The notes beneath the pieces were generated by a model that saw nothing but the letters and a program-made list of their open reading frames with translations, was not told the DNA's origin and made no database searches. 64,000 bases of DNA from contig NC_086099.1 of NCBI RefSeq assembly GCF_963921235.1, positions 52,390,001 through 52,454,000 on the forward strand. Reading direction: 5' to 3'. This DNA is from Mobula hypostoma. Its lineage: Eukaryota. A program made the translations under genes and the position numbers. This document shows positions 24,535 through 37,350 of the stretch, piece by piece; within the stretch, counting starts at the first letter, position 1, and each line of letters opens with the position of its first letter.

Positions 24535-25137
24535 CTCTGGCCCACTGAACTCATGTCAGGATAACTCGACTCCATTTTATCCCTCATGGTTCAGTCCCTT
24601 CCCACCTGCAGTACATCCGCAACATTTCACAGGCTCTTGATCTCCTCAACAAATTTTAAATCCATGACCCTAATCGCCTCATTTTTACCGTGGATGTCCA
24701 GTCCCTATGCTCTTCCATCCCCCATCAAGAAGGCCTTAGAGTTTTCTGCTTCTTTCTTGATAAAAAAAAAACAATCCCCCAGCCCACCCGCTACCCTCCT
24801 CCGTTTGGCAGAACTGGTCCTCACCCTGAACAATTTCTCTTTCAGATCTTCCCACAATCTTCAACTCTATGTGTAACTACAGGCCCTCACATGAACCCCA
24901 GCTATGCCTACCTTTTTGTTGGCTACTTGAAACAGCCCATATTCCCTGGTAATGCTCCCCAACTCTTTCTGTGCTACACTGAATACTGCTTTGATGCTGC
25001 TTTATGTACCCATGCTGAGCTCATCTATTTCATCAGCCTTGCCTCCAACTTCCATTCTGTGCTTCAATCCACTTGGTCCACTTCTAACACCTCTCTCCCT
25101 TTTCTTGATCTCTCTGCTTCCATCACTGGAGACAAAT
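24535..25137 (+). mobile_element. Penelope-like RT fragment
   Basis: Translates DVQSLCSSIPHQEGL, LAELVLTLNNFSF, GPHMNPSYAYLFVG and LPFLDLS. Confidence 0.85.
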
Positions 25138-28100
25138 TTGAAGTAGTCTGGCTTTGGCTCAACAGGTTTAGGCAAGAACAGGCTTGGACGAGCACAGCTG
25201 GAGGTTCTAAGTCGGAAAGTTTCTAGGAAGTATTTTTTCTGTTAGTACATAGCTAGTGCTCAGAGCAAAGAGTAAGTAGCCTCATGCCATTTACATTCAC
25301 CTTGCCAATACCATGCCTACCTAGCACTCCACTCCATATCCTGTTTTGTTCTGTCTCACCTTAGCATTGAAGTCCCAAAGCAAAAGGATCTTATCATTCT
25401 TAGGGATCTGGCAAAGAGCTTCATCCAATGTCTGATAAAAGCCTTCCTTGGCCTCATTCTCAGATGGCAAATTTGGTGCATAGGCACTGAGAAACGTAGC
25501 AGAACGTTTCTTTGCCGGGGGATAGGAGGGTCATTAGTCTTTCACTAATGCCAACAGGTGTTTCTGTGAGACTTGGTAGAAAGGTGTTCTTGATGGCCAA
25601 GCCTACTCTGTGGAGATGTTGTCCACCTGGGGGGAAATCTTTCCAGAAGAAGGTGTAATCCATCCCTTCCTCTGTTAAAGAGCCTTCATCCAGGAGCCTG
25701 GTCTCACTCAGGGCAGCATTGTCGATGTTGTAGCACCCCAGCTCAGCAGCGATCAAGGCTGTTCTCCGGTGAGGTACAGAGGGTACATGTGTATGCGCAC
25801 CCTCTACCAGTACATCTCCAAGGCCTGGACTGATGAGAACATCCCACAGCAATGGAGAAATGCAAACATCGTTGTCATTTATAAGAACAAGGGTGACAAG
25901 GCCATCTGCAGCAATAGTATGGGCATATCACTCCTTTCTGTTGCTGGAAAGGTCCCGGCTAAGGTGGTGCTTCAGAGACTCATTAGTGACATCACCCAGT
26001 CAATGCTGCCTGAATCGCAGTGTGGACTTAGGAAGAACAGGAGCACGATCGACACGATCTTCACAGCCTGGCAGCTTCAGGAAAAGTGCCGGGAGCAACA
26101 TCAGGACCTGTTTATGGCCTTTGTCGACCTCTCCAAAACATTCAACACTGTGCAAAGAGAGCTCTTATGGGATGTCCTCCTCAGGTTTGGCTGTCCCAAT
26201 ACATTTGTTAATATCCTCCACCAGTTCCATGATGGGATGACTGCTTGGGTGACCATAGGAGGACAAGAGTCCAAGCCCTTCCTTGTACACACAGGGGTGA
26301 GGCAGGGGTGTGTGCTAGCGCCGGTGCTCTTTAACATCTTCCTCTTGTGTGTTACCAAGCTTCTCCACAATGACATTGAAGACAGCAGCGGTGTGGCAGT
26401 GGACGTCAGATTAGATGGCAACCTCTTTGACATCAGGAGGCTCCACACAACCACCAAACTCCGTAGAGAGTGGGTCCAGAAGCTGCAGTATGCAGACCGT
26501 GCTCTTGTGGCCCATACTCCGGAGGATCTTCAGATTGTCCTTGCTGTGGTGGTGAGAGCGTACAGCAGGATGGGGCTGACTGTCAATACCATCAAGACAG
26601 AAGTGGTTTGCCAATGGAGTACCAGTGTCCCACCCACTCTACCTGCCTTCACTGTTGGTAATGAAAAGCTGTCAGTAATGCCATCTTTGAAATATCTGGG
26701 GAGTATTCTGTCTGAGGATAGCAGCATTGACAACGACATCCAGAGCCGCATTAAACAGGCATCAGCCGCCTTTGGGAGACTTCGGCGTAGAGTCTTTCAG
26801 AACAGGAACAGAGACTTCATCCCTCCACAAAGGTCGCCATATACCAAGCTGTCTGTGTCACCACCCTCCTTTATAGCTGTGAAGCTTGGGTAACCTATAG
26901 CCGTCACATCAAGTCCTTGGAGCATTTCCACTAAACTGCCTCCAGCGCATCCTGGGAACTACCTGGCGTGAGCGGGTGCCTCACACTTAAATATTTGTAA
27001 AGACCAACTGCAGAAGTATTGAGGCCATGATCACCCAGCATCAGCTGCAGTGGCTGGGGCATGTGATAAGGATGCCCCCATGTCGGCTACCCCACAGAGT
27101 GTTATATGGCCAGCTACATCATGGTCGACGTTCAGCTGGAGGGCCGAAGAAGCGCTATAAGGATCAGATGAAGAATGCTTTAAGAAAGTGCAAGATCAGA
27201 CCCGAGGACCTGGAGGAGGTTGCTGCTGACCATACCACTTGGCGACAGCTGTGTAGGGACGGGGTTCGTATTCTGGAGATGGAAAGAACAACCAGAAGAC
27301 AGCAGAAGAGAGCCAGGAGAAATGCAGCCACAGTTGCCACCAGTACCACATATACATGTCCCACCTGCAATAAAGCTTGTGGGTCCAGGATAGGACTGTA
27401 TAGTCATCAGTGATCTCACCGTTAAAGGAGTGGACATTGTCATCGGATTTCGACGGACAACCGAAGAAAAAGAACATGGCTAGTGCACTGAGAATGGATC
27501 TAGAGATGTTATTATGTTATTATAGTCCTTGCGTGAAATGTGGGAAATCTGGGAGGTCTCCAGTCTCCCTGATAACTACATCTACGTGAAGTGCATCATG
27601 CAGCAGCTCCTTAAAGACCATATTAAGCTGCAGTTCGATGATATTTGGCTCATACGGGAGCATGAGAAGGTGATACATAGGAGCCACCAGGCAAAAGTCA
27701 CCCCTAAATTGCATGAGGTGGGCCCTTGGGTGACTGTAAGGAGAGGGAAAGGGAATAGGCAGCCAGTGTATAGTAGTCCTGTGGCTGTCCTCCTTATTAG
27801 TAAGTATATCGGTTTGAGTACTGTTGGGGGGGTGGAAATGAACTACCAGGAGAAACTGCAGCAACCAGGTCTCCGGCACTGAGTTTGGCTCTGTGGCTCA
27901 GAGGCGAAAGGGGTGGGAGGAAGAAGAGAAATGCAGTAGTGATAGGGAATTCCATAATTAGAGATGCAAAGGTAGATTCTGTGCACGTGAAAGAGACAGA
28001 GGGTATGTTGCCTCCCAAGTGTCAGAGATGTCTCAGAACAAGTCCACGGCACTCTAAAGGAGGAAGGTGATAAACCAGAAGTCCTGCTACGTTTTGGTAC

Positions 28101-28478
28101 CAATGACATAGGTAGGAAAAGGGAAGGAGGTGCTGAAGAGAGAATCTAGAGAGCTAGGTAGAAAGCTGAAAAAGAGGACTTCCATGATAGTAATCTCCGG
28201 GTTGCAGCCTGTGCCACGTGCCAGTGAGAGTAAGAATAGCATGCTGTGGCAGATGAATGCATGGCTGAGGAATTGGTGTAGTGGGCAGGGTTTCAGATTT
28301 CAGGATTATTGGGATCTCTTCAGGGGAATGTATGGCATGTACAAAAAGGATGGGTTACATCTGAACCAAAGGGGGAACCAGTATCCTTTCCCGTAGTGCA
28401 GTTGAGGAAGGTTTAAATTCACTTGGCAGGGAGGTGAACCGGAGTGAAAGGGCTGAGGATGGGGCAGTTGGTATACAA
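25138..28478 (+). mobile_element. CR1 5' UTR and ORF1 (zinc finger plus SGNH esterase), interrupted by an RTE
   Basis: After the RTE: MWEIWEVSSLPDNYI.VKC, AVVIGNSIIR, GTNDIG and DGLHLN, which are CR1 ORF1 esterase blocks. Confidence 0.8.
25260..27473 (+). mobile_element. RTE LINE with inverted endonuclease fragment at its 5' side
   Basis: ORF 25769..26893 is RT (GVRQGCVLAPVLF, LQYAD) with C-terminal CPTC and an RTE tail. Minus ~25260-25778 gives RRTALIAAEL...AALSETR (endonuclease). TSD acatagctagtgc / acatggctagtgc at 25247-25259 and 27474-27486. Confidence 0.92.
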
Positions 28479-28479
28479 C

Positions 28480-29404
28480 TAAAGCAACACACACAAAATG
28501 CTGGAGGAACTCTGCAGGTCAGGCAACATCTGTGGAAAAGAGTAAACAGTTGACTTGTCTGACTTGTCGGGCTGAGATTTTTCTTCAAGACTGGCGGGGG
28601 GGGGAATGCCAGAATTAAACAGTAAACAGTGGGTGGGGGGAAAAGAAGCTGGCTGGAAGGCAATAGGTGAAGCCAGGTGGGTGGGAACTTCAAGGGCTAG
28701 AGAAGAAAGAATCAGATAGGAGAGAAAGCGGTCTCTAAGGGAAGAAGGGAACGAGGAGGGGACCCGGGGGGAAGTAATAGGCAAGTGAGAAGAGGCAAAA
28801 GGTCACAGTGGTAAATAGAGGAAGAGGGGTGGAAATGTTGTACACTTGAAAGTGGAATCAATATTCATACCATCAGGTTGGAGGGTACTTCTCCTCCACC
28901 CTGAGGGTGGCCTCATCTTGGCATAAGAGGAGGCCATGTATTAACATATCAGAACAGGAATGGGAATCGGAATTAAAATGTTTGACTACTAGGAAGTCCC
29001 ACTAGTGACAGATGGTACGGAAGTGTTCGACAAAGCAGTCCCCCAATTTATGATGGGTCTCACCAATGTAGAGGAGACTGCATCAGGAGCACCGGACCCA
29101 ATAGACGGCCCTGGCAATTTCGCAGGTGAAGCCTCACGTGGAAGAATCATTCGGGGCCCTGAATGGAGGTGAGTGAGGAGGTGTTTACGCTGCTCACAAG
29201 GATAAGTGCCTGGAGAGGGGTAGGTGGGGAAGAATGAATGGACAAAGGAATCGTGGAAGGAGCATTCCCTGCAAGAAGTAGAGGTGGGAGGGAGGGAGAG
29301 ATGTGTTCCATGCTATGGGCCCTTTGGAGATGGTGGAAGTTGCAGAGAACAAGAGGGATTCTTATCACTATTACAACAGTGGGAAGATGGGCTGAGTGCA
29401 GATC
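28480..29404 (-). mobile_element. Penelope-like 3' half (inverted copy)
   Basis: Starts aaagcaacacacacaaaatgctggagg; reverse of the GIY-YIG region. Confidence 0.85.
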
Positions 29405-30160
29405 ACATGCCCTTACCTACCAACACATCCGGCTCTGCTTCCAACACATTATCCTCCACTTCTCATGTGAATCTGCAGTGAATTGTCAATAGTTTGGAGC
29501 CCCTTTTCTATGAAAAAATGTGCTGGTATTGGAGAGAGAGAGGAGGTTCACGAGAATGATCCCAAGAAAGGATTAACTCGTGAGGAGCAATTGATGCCAA
29601 TGGGCCTGTACTCACTGGAGTTTAGAAGAATGAGAAACCTATTGAAACCTATCGAATATAGAAAGGTCTGGATTGAATGGGTGTGGAGAGGATGTTTTAT
29701 ATAATGGGGGAGTCTAGGACCAGAGGGCACATCCTCAGAATTGAAAGACATCCTATGTATTAAGGTCTTATGATCTCTATCCCCACCCCTTTCCCTCTTC
29801 ATCATTTCCCCACCCACTCTAGTCTCTTACCTCTTTTCCCCCTCTGCCTTCACCTCCCCCTTTGCCTTCACCTCCCCCCTTCCTTCCCTTTCTCCCCTGA
29901 TCCACTCTCCTCCCCTATCACTTTCCTTCTTCTTCAGCCCTTTACCTTTTCCACTTATCACCACCCAGCTCTTTATTTCATCCCCTCTTCTCCACCTATC
30001 TGGCATCACCTATCACTTTCTAGATTGTCCTCATCCCCTATCCACCCCCTCCCTCACCCCACCTTCTTATACTGGCATCTTCTCCCTTCCTTTCCATTCC
30101 TGATGATGGATCATCGCCATAGATTCTGCCTGACTTCCTGCATTTTATGTGTGTGTTGCA
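29405..30160 (+). mobile_element. Penelope-like 3' fragments with an embedded CR1 3' fragment (~29490-29760)
   Basis: PLE pyrimidine tract and terminus; CR1 GLYSLEFRRMR motif in the middle. Confidence 0.65.
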
Positions 30161-30164
30161 ACGG

Positions 30165-30660
30165 TTTAATGAAGGTAAGTTCTGATTAAATTCTTTGAGG
30201 ATATAATAGGAGGAATTGATAGTAAGAAACTTGATGTAGTATATTTATTTTTCAATAGGCATTGACAAGATGCTATATAAAAAGACTGCTACAAATATTA
30301 AAAGCCCATATTATCAGCAGAAGTCTGTTGAATTGGATTAAAAACTGATGATTGATAAACAAAACAGAGTGTTTGAATCAATAGGTCCTTTTCAGACCAG
30401 AAGGAGGTAACCAGTGAAACATTGCCAGGATCAGCTCTTGTCCCACAATTGTTTACACTAATGACCTGGAGGAGAAGCAGTACACAAGGTTTCCAACTTC
30501 GGCAATGATATAAAGATAGTTCACTTTTCAAGGACACTTTAGCATAAGGATTCTGGCAAATGGTGTTTAACGTGGGGAAGTGTGAAATCATACACTTCAG
30601 TAAGGCAAATCAAATGGCAGATTATTATCAAAATAGAGAGGGATTGCAAATGAGTGTTTA
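30165..30660 (+). mobile_element. Old CR1 RT fragment
   Basis: Decayed LDVVY..FQ.A.DK and WQMVFNVGKCEIIHF motifs. Confidence 0.65.
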
Positions 30661-30882
30661 AAATCAGGGTTTTGTACTGTGGTAGAGAAATGGCTATAAT
30701 TTTATTTCAGAAATAGTTTGAGCATAATAACACACATGAAGGACATCGGACAATATGTATTCCTTTTCCTCAGTTGAAAGTGTTCCCTCTGCAGCTGTAA
30801 TAGTCACCTGTCCCATCATCCCCTATAAAATGTCCTACTCTACTCACGTCAAAGTGTTCTGATTATACAGTACTGTGGCTTG

Positions 30883-32169
30883 TCTGGCATTCTGACCTGG
30901 CTTGGGCTTTCAGCAGGAGGGTGTAGACGCTGCAGAGCCCAGCTCGTTCCAGGATTTCCATGTCGGGGACTTTGTCCTGCCACCTGATGTGGAGGAGTCT
31001 GCGGGGACAGCTCAGGTGAAAGTGGTTGAGCTGTTTGGCGTGTCTGCTGTAGACAGTCCAGGTCTCGCTGGCGTAAAGGAGGGTGGTAAGGACCACTGCA
31101 CAGTAGACCTTCAGCTTGGTGGTAAGGCTGAGTCCTCTCCGCTCCCAGCCGTTCTCACGGAGTCTCCCAAAGGCGGTGCTGGCTTTGGCAATCCTGTTGT
31201 TGACCTCAGCGTCTATATTCACTGCGCGAGAGAGTATGCTGCCCAGGTAGGTGAAGTTGTCGACTGCCTGGAGGTTCTGGCCCTTCACCGTGATGCGCGG
31301 CTCCTGGTATGGCTTTCCTGGGGCAGGTTGGTACATAACTTCGGTCTTTTCGGTGCTGATAGTGAGACCGAAGTTGTCGCAGGCTTGTGAGAAGCAGTCC
31401 ATTTCACGCTGCATCTCCTGCTCTGTGCTGGCGTTGAGTGAGCAGTCATCAGCAAACAAGAAGGCTCTGATGACAGTCTCTCGCACCTTTGTAACTGCCT
31501 GCAGGTGCCTAAGGTTGAACAACCTGCCGTCAGTCCTGTACCTGACGTGGATTCCTTCATCGTAGTTACGGAAGGCATCTGTCAGCATGGCAGAGAATAC
31601 CATACTGAACAGAGTCGGGGCAAGAACGCAGCCTTGTTTGACGCCATTTGTCACTGGGAAGGCCTTCAATTCGTCGCCGTCATCCAGAACTTTCACCCTC
31701 CTGCTGAAAGCCCAAGCCAGGTGGGCTGGACATCTGGCCAGAATGCCAGACAGCCGATTGCCTAAGCAGCTGCTGTACGGAGAACTGTGTCAGGGCAAGC
31801 GCTCAGTCAGGGGGCAAAAGAAACGTTACAAAGACTGCCTCAAAGTGTCCCTCAAAGGCCTGGGTGTCGACATCAACACGTGGGAGACGCTTGCCCTCGA
31901 CCATCCAGCTTGGCGCAGCAAGATCACCACAGGAGCCCGTGCAGCTGAAGTCAGGCGCATCATCGAGGCGCAATGAAAGCGTGCTGTGCGCAAGGCCCGA
32001 GCAGCATCCACTGCCACGACAGCACCCACCCACTTGTGTCCCACATGTGGGCGAGCCTTCAGGGCCCGGATTGGCCTCATCAGTCACCTCCGGACCCACA
32101 GCCACCAGTCTCCCATTTGACTTTGAAGCCATGGTCATCTTCGACTATGAAGGACGAACAACAACAACA
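30883..32169 (+). mobile_element. RTE LINE, 5'-inverted (twin-priming-like)
   Basis: Minus ORF 30863..31696 is RT (GVKQGCVLAPTLF, FLFADD). + 31694-32169 continues KAQARWAGH...CPTC...(aca)n. TSD actgtggcttg / actgcggcttg at 30872-30882 and 32170-32180. Confidence 0.93.
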
Positions 32170-32229
32170 ACTGCGGCTTGGCAAGCTGCAGTGGAGGACT
32201 TATTCAGTATACAGCGTTTTCTGCTGATC

Positions 32230-32592
32230 AATAAGACCAGAAGATACACGAGCAGAATTAGGCCATTCAGCCCATCGAGTCTGCTCCGCCATTCTATCAT
32301 GGCTGATTCTGGATCCCACTCAACCCCATACACCTGCCTTCTCGCCATATCCTTTGATGCCCTGACAGATCAGGAAACAATTAACTTCCACCTTAAATGT
32401 ATGCACGAACTTGGCCTCCACCGCAGTCAGTGGCTGAGCATTCCACAGATTCACTATTCTCTGGCTAAAAAAAAAATCCTCCTCACCTCTGTTTAAAGGG
32501 TCGCCCCTCTATTTTGAGGCTGTGCCCTCTAGTTCTGGATACTCCCACCACAGGAAACATCCTCTCCACATCCACGCTGTCTAGTCCTTTCC
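32230..32592 (-). mobile_element. CR1 3' end
   Basis: Minus ORF gives ERMFPVVGVSRTRGHSLKI; reversed CR1 tail. Confidence 0.85.
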
Positions 32593-32639
32593 TGTATCTC
32601 CCCACAGTGAGTACAAGGTTAATGCTAGAATTATTAGCA

Positions 32640-33343
32640 GAATGGAGGTACAGAGGGATCTTGGGGTCCACGTTCACAGCTCCCTCAAAGCTGCAGAGAA
32701 AGTTGAAGGTGGGGTCAAGAATGTGTATAGTGAGTTGGCCTACTTTAGTTGGGGGATTGAATCCAAGAGCCACGAGATAATGTTCAGTTCTATAAAACTA
32801 GTTAGACAACATTTGGAGTATTATGTTCAGTTCTGGTCACCTCATGATAGGAAGGATGTGGTAGTTTTGGCACAGGTGCAGAACAGATTTACTAAGATGC
32901 TGCCTGGATTAGAAAGCATGTCTTATAAGAATAGGTTGAGGGAGCTTGGGCTCTTTTCCTTTGGAGTGAAAGGGGAGGAGAGGTGACTAGATAGTAATGT
33001 GCAAGGTTATATAAGGCATTGATGGAGAGTACAGCCAGCATCTTTTTCCCAGGGTGGTGATGGCTAATACAAGAGGACATCATTTTAAGGTGAGTGGAAG
33101 AAAGATTGGGACAGACATCAGAGGAAGCTCTTTCACACAGAGATTGGTGAGTGCATGAAATGCCCTGCCGGGGGTAGTGGTAGAGACAATACATTCGGGA
33201 TACTTAAGAGAATTTTAGATAGGCACTTGGACGAAAGAAAAATGGAGGGCTATGGGCTATGTAGGAGGGAAGCTTTAGATGGAGCACAGAATAGGTTTAA
33301 ATAGTTTCGGCTGTCCTGTGCTGTACTGTTCTATGTTCTATGT
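32640..33343 (+). mobile_element. CR1 3' portion
   Basis: QRDLGVHVH and LEYYVQFWSPH; tail gtactgttctatgttctatg. Confidence 0.88.
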
Positions 33344-33564
33344 TTTATACCCAGGAAATACTTTGTATCAAACAGAACAAGCAGAAGTGATCTAGAGTTA
33401 ATTTCATATCCAAACATTTCCTCAGAATGTTGTACTCTTTCCTTGAACTGGAACTGTTAAAGTAGCTCATGAGTTCAAAAGCTAAAATGGGATTTTAAGA
33501 CCATAGCCTCTAGAATCAGAAGCAAGCTAGCATAAAGAAAAACTGTGATTACCAACTATAAAAC

Positions 33565-33677
33565 TTAGAACATAGAACAGGTCAGCACAGGAATAGGCCA
33601 GCTGGCTCAAACTGTTGAGACAAACCAGCTAAAAAGCAAATCAAAAACACAAGAACACAAATCCGATCTACCTACAC
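33565..33677 (-). mobile_element. CR1-type 3' tail fragment
   Basis: tagaacatagaacaggtcagcacaggaataggcc is the reversed CR1 tail. Confidence 0.6.
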
Positions 33678-33863
33678 TGTTAGGTTTGTTCTTAATAAAG
33701 CAAAACCTGGTGTGGGTTTAATGTTAAAACTTTTTACTTACAGAACATTGTTCAACACTGAGTGTGTGAGGCCAGCCTACCAACATCATTTCCAGTTCCC
33801 AGTGAACTACCTGCATTGCCCACTGGGAATTGTAGTACTTTATTATGTACACCCATAATAACA
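33678..33863 (-). repeat. Probable 3' LTR of an LTR retrotransposon, with adjacent PPT
   Basis: Termini tgtta...taaca; purine tract aaagggggaaggta on the minus strand at 33864-33877. Confidence 0.6.
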
Positions 33864-33952
33864 TACCTTCCCCCTTTAAAGAAAAACAAACACAATGCTA
33901 TGTCCTCATAAACCTGCAAGGAACAATAATTCTTTCCAATAAAGATATATTG

Positions 33953-34140
33953 AAAACACAAAATACTCTGCAGATGCTGGGGTCAAAGCAACACTCACAA
34001 CATGCTGGAGGGACTCAGCAGGTCGGGCAGCATCCGTGGAAACGATCAGCCAACATTTCAGGCTGGAACCCTTCGTCAGGACTGAAGAGGGAAGGGGCAG
34101 AGGCCCTATAAAGAAGGTGGGGGATGGTGGGAAGGAGAGG
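33953..34140 (-). mobile_element. Penelope-like 3' terminus with hammerhead motif
   Basis: Reverse complement of 34049-34083 reads agtcctgacgaagggttccagcctgaaatgttggc. Confidence 0.85.
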
Positions 34141-35971
34141 GGGGCAGGAGAAGGCCTTGGCAAGTAGGGTAAAGGAAACCCCTAAGGCATTATTCAATTA
34201 TGTGAAGAACAAAAGGATGACTGGAGAGAAGGTAGGACTGATTAGAGATAAAGATGGGAAGATGTGCCTGGAGGCTGTGGAAGTGAGCGAGGTCCTTAGT
34301 GAATATTTCTCTTTGGTATTCACCAATGAGAGGGAAATTGATGATGGTGAAGACAATATGAGTGAGGTTGATGTTCTGGAGCATGTTGATATTAAGGGAG
34401 AGGAAAGGGAGTTGTTAAAATACATTAGGATGGATAAGTCCCCGGGGCCTGATGGAATATTCCCCAGGCTGCTCCATGAGGCAAGAGAAGATATTGCTAA
34501 GCCTCTGGCTAGGATCCTTACGGGAATGGTACTGGAGAATTGCAGGAAGGCGAATGATGTCCCCTTGTTCAAAAAAGGTAGTAGGGATAGTCCGGGTAAT
34601 TATAGACCAGTGAGCCTTACGTCTGTGGTGGGAAAGCTGTTGGAAAAGATTCTTAGAGATAGGATCAATGGGCATTTAGAGAATCATTGTCTGATTAGGG
34701 ACAGTCAGCATGGCTTTGTGAAGGGCAGATTGTGTCTAACAAGCCTGATAGAGTTCTTTGAGGAGGTGACCAAGCTTATAGATGAGGGTAGTGCAGTGGA
34801 TGTGATCTACATGGATTTTAGTAAGGCATTTGACAAGATTCCATATGGTGGGCTTATTCAGAAAGTCAGAAGGCATGGGATCCCGGGAAGTTTAGCCAGG
34901 TGGATTCAGAATTGGCTTGCCTGCAGAAAGCAGAGGGTCGTGGTGGAGGGAGTACATTTGGATTGGAGGGTTGTGACTAGTGGTGTCCCACAAGGATCGG
35001 TTCTGGGACCTCTACTTTTTGTGATTTTTATTAACGACCTGGATGTAGGGGTAGAAGGGTGGGTTGGCAAGTTTTCAGACGACACAAAGGTTGATGGTGT
35101 TGTAGATAGTGTAGAGGATTGTCGAAAATTGCAGAGAGACATTGATAGGATGCAGAGGTGGACTGAGAAGTGGCAGATGGAGCTCAACCCAGGGAAGTGT
35201 GAGGTGGTACACTTTGGAAGGACAAATTCCAAGGCAGAGTACAAAGTAAATGGCAGGATACTTGGTAGTGTGGAGGAGCAGGGGGATCTCGGGGTACATG
35301 TCCACAGATCCCTGAAAGTTGCCTCATAGGTAGATAGGTTAGTTAAGAAAGCTTATGAAGTGTTAGCTTTCATAAATTGAGGGATAGAGTTCAAGAGCCG
35401 TGGGGTAATGATGCAGCTCTTTAAAACTCTGGTTAGGCCATACTTGGAGTACTGTGCCCCGTTCTGGTCGCCTCACTATAGGAAGGGTGTGGAAGCATTG
35501 GAAAGGGTACAGAGGAGATTTACCAGGATACCGCCTGGTTTAGAGAGTATGCATTATGATCAGAGATTAAGGGAACTAGGGCTTTACTCTTTGGAGAGAA
35601 GGAGGATGTGAGGAGACATGATAGAGGTGTACACGGTATTAAGAGGAATAGATAAGAGTGGATAGCCAGCGCCTCTTCCCCAGGGCACCACTGCTCAATA
35701 CAAGGGGACATGGCTTTAAGGTAAGGGGTGGGAAGTTCAAAGGGGATATTAGAGGAAGGTTTTTTACCCAGAGAGTGATTGGTGTGTGGAATGCACTGCC
35801 TGAGTCAGTGGTAGAGGCAGATACACTAGTGAAATTTAAGAGACTACTAGACAGGTATATGGAGGAATTTAAGGTGGGGGTTTATATGGGAGGCAGGGTT
35901 TAAGGGTCGGCACAACATTGTGGGCCGAAGGGCCTGTACTGTGCTGTACTATTCTATGCTCTATGTTCTAT
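34141..35971 (+). mobile_element. CR1 LINE, 5'-truncated, relatively young
   Basis: 401-aa ORF 34124..35329 with a complete RT core (YRPVSLTS, MDFSKAFDKI, GVPQGSVLGP, FSDD); tail ggccgaagggcctgtactgtgc...ttctat. Confidence 0.95.
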
Positions 35972-35974
35972 ATA

Positions 35975-36640
35975 GCCAATCCCTTATTCACTCATCAACT
36001 TCAATCAGTCTCTGAGGTGGTTTGACGAGCTTTTATGATAAGCTATTTGTTTCCACAGATGTACTGCTTTCATTTGTTGTGTTAATATTCATTTTTTTTA
36101 GTACTCTGCTCAATATGTTCATTTTTTTCACATCCTTGTGTCAAGATCCTATCTGTTCATCTGTTTTTGTTCTCGCTGTGTGACCATAGTTTGCTCCACC
36201 GGCCTGATAATGGAGCCCTGGACTGCATCCATGCGATCAGTGAATCTTTGCACAACTTCCAACAGATTCTGTCACAGAGCTCCCTATGTTGGCTGCGTAT
36301 CATAGATAGCAACTCCCCGCTGGTTTGTGTTGAACTGTGACTGTTGTTCTGACCTTGGTGACTGTGTGGTCTCCACATCTTCCTTTTTATTTTTCCTGTT
36401 CAACCACAGAGCGGATCCTGGAGATTGTCTTGATTTATTTTCTTTAACTGGAAGTTGACGAGAGGCAGATATTGAACCAAAGCTGCATGATGTGGAAGCA
36501 ATACTGGTGACTCCATCGTGATCTCTCTGTTCAGCAGTGCCATCCTGACTCTCATGCTGGTGCAACTGGTATGGATGCCTATGGAAGTTGATGTTTAAAT
36601 ACCCTCCACATGTCCGATGTGGACGTACCAGTGAAAAGGT
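35975..36640 (-). mobile_element. Possible decayed Gypsy integrase C-terminal region belonging to the LTR at 33678
   Basis: Minus strand reads VKPPQRLIEVDE* near 35985-36028, plus weak SPRS / IRSQHREL motifs typical of Gypsy integrase tails. Confidence 0.35.
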
Positions 36641-36644
36641 GTTC

Positions 36645-37350
36645 TCAGCTAACGCTTCTTAGTTCCAGCCCAATGCCCTTGTGATTAGCCCTACTCCAAT
36701 TTAAAACTCTCCCACAAGGACCATACTTATCCTTATCTATAGCTATCCTGAAAGTCAGGGAGTTGTGGTCACTGTTCCCTAACTGTTCACCCACTGAAAA
36801 GGCAGTCACCTGGCCAGGCTCATTTTCCAACGTCAGCTCCAGTATGGCCCCTCCTGTCATTGGACCATTCACATATTGATATAAGAAACCTTCCTGGAAA
36901 CACGTAATAAATCCTGCCCCATCTAAGCCCCTTACACTAAGAAGGTCCTAGTTTATGTTAGGGAACTAGAAATCCCCCATGACAACAACCCTGTTATTTT
37001 TATACATTTCCATAGTCTGATTAAATGCCTGTTCCTCAATGTCTAAGTGGCTATTAAGGGTCTGTAGTACAATCCCAACAGTGTGATTGTATCCTTCCAA
37101 TTCCTGAATTCCACCCAAATTGACTCAGTGTCTTAGCTGCTTTATGTCTCCTCTGAGTGTAATTGTGATATTGTCCCTGATTAGTAGTGCACCCCCCCCC
37201 CCCCGCAAACTCCTCTACTCCTCTAACTTCTCCAAAACTTTAAAAATCTGGTACAATACTCACCCATTCTTACCACTCTCTCAACCACATTTCAGTAATG
37301 GCTACAACATCGTAGTTCCATGTATTGATCTGTGATCTAAGTTCATCTCT
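36645..37350 (-). mobile_element. CR1 endonuclease fragment
   Basis: AILELTLENEPGQV...LGNSDHNSL and VVVMGDF. Confidence 0.85.

Noticed and set aside
34124-35329. 401-aa ORF as a host gene or active RT
   Set aside because: It is a 5'-truncated CR1 ORF2. Its start codon comes from the adjacent PLE fragment, and stops follow downstream.
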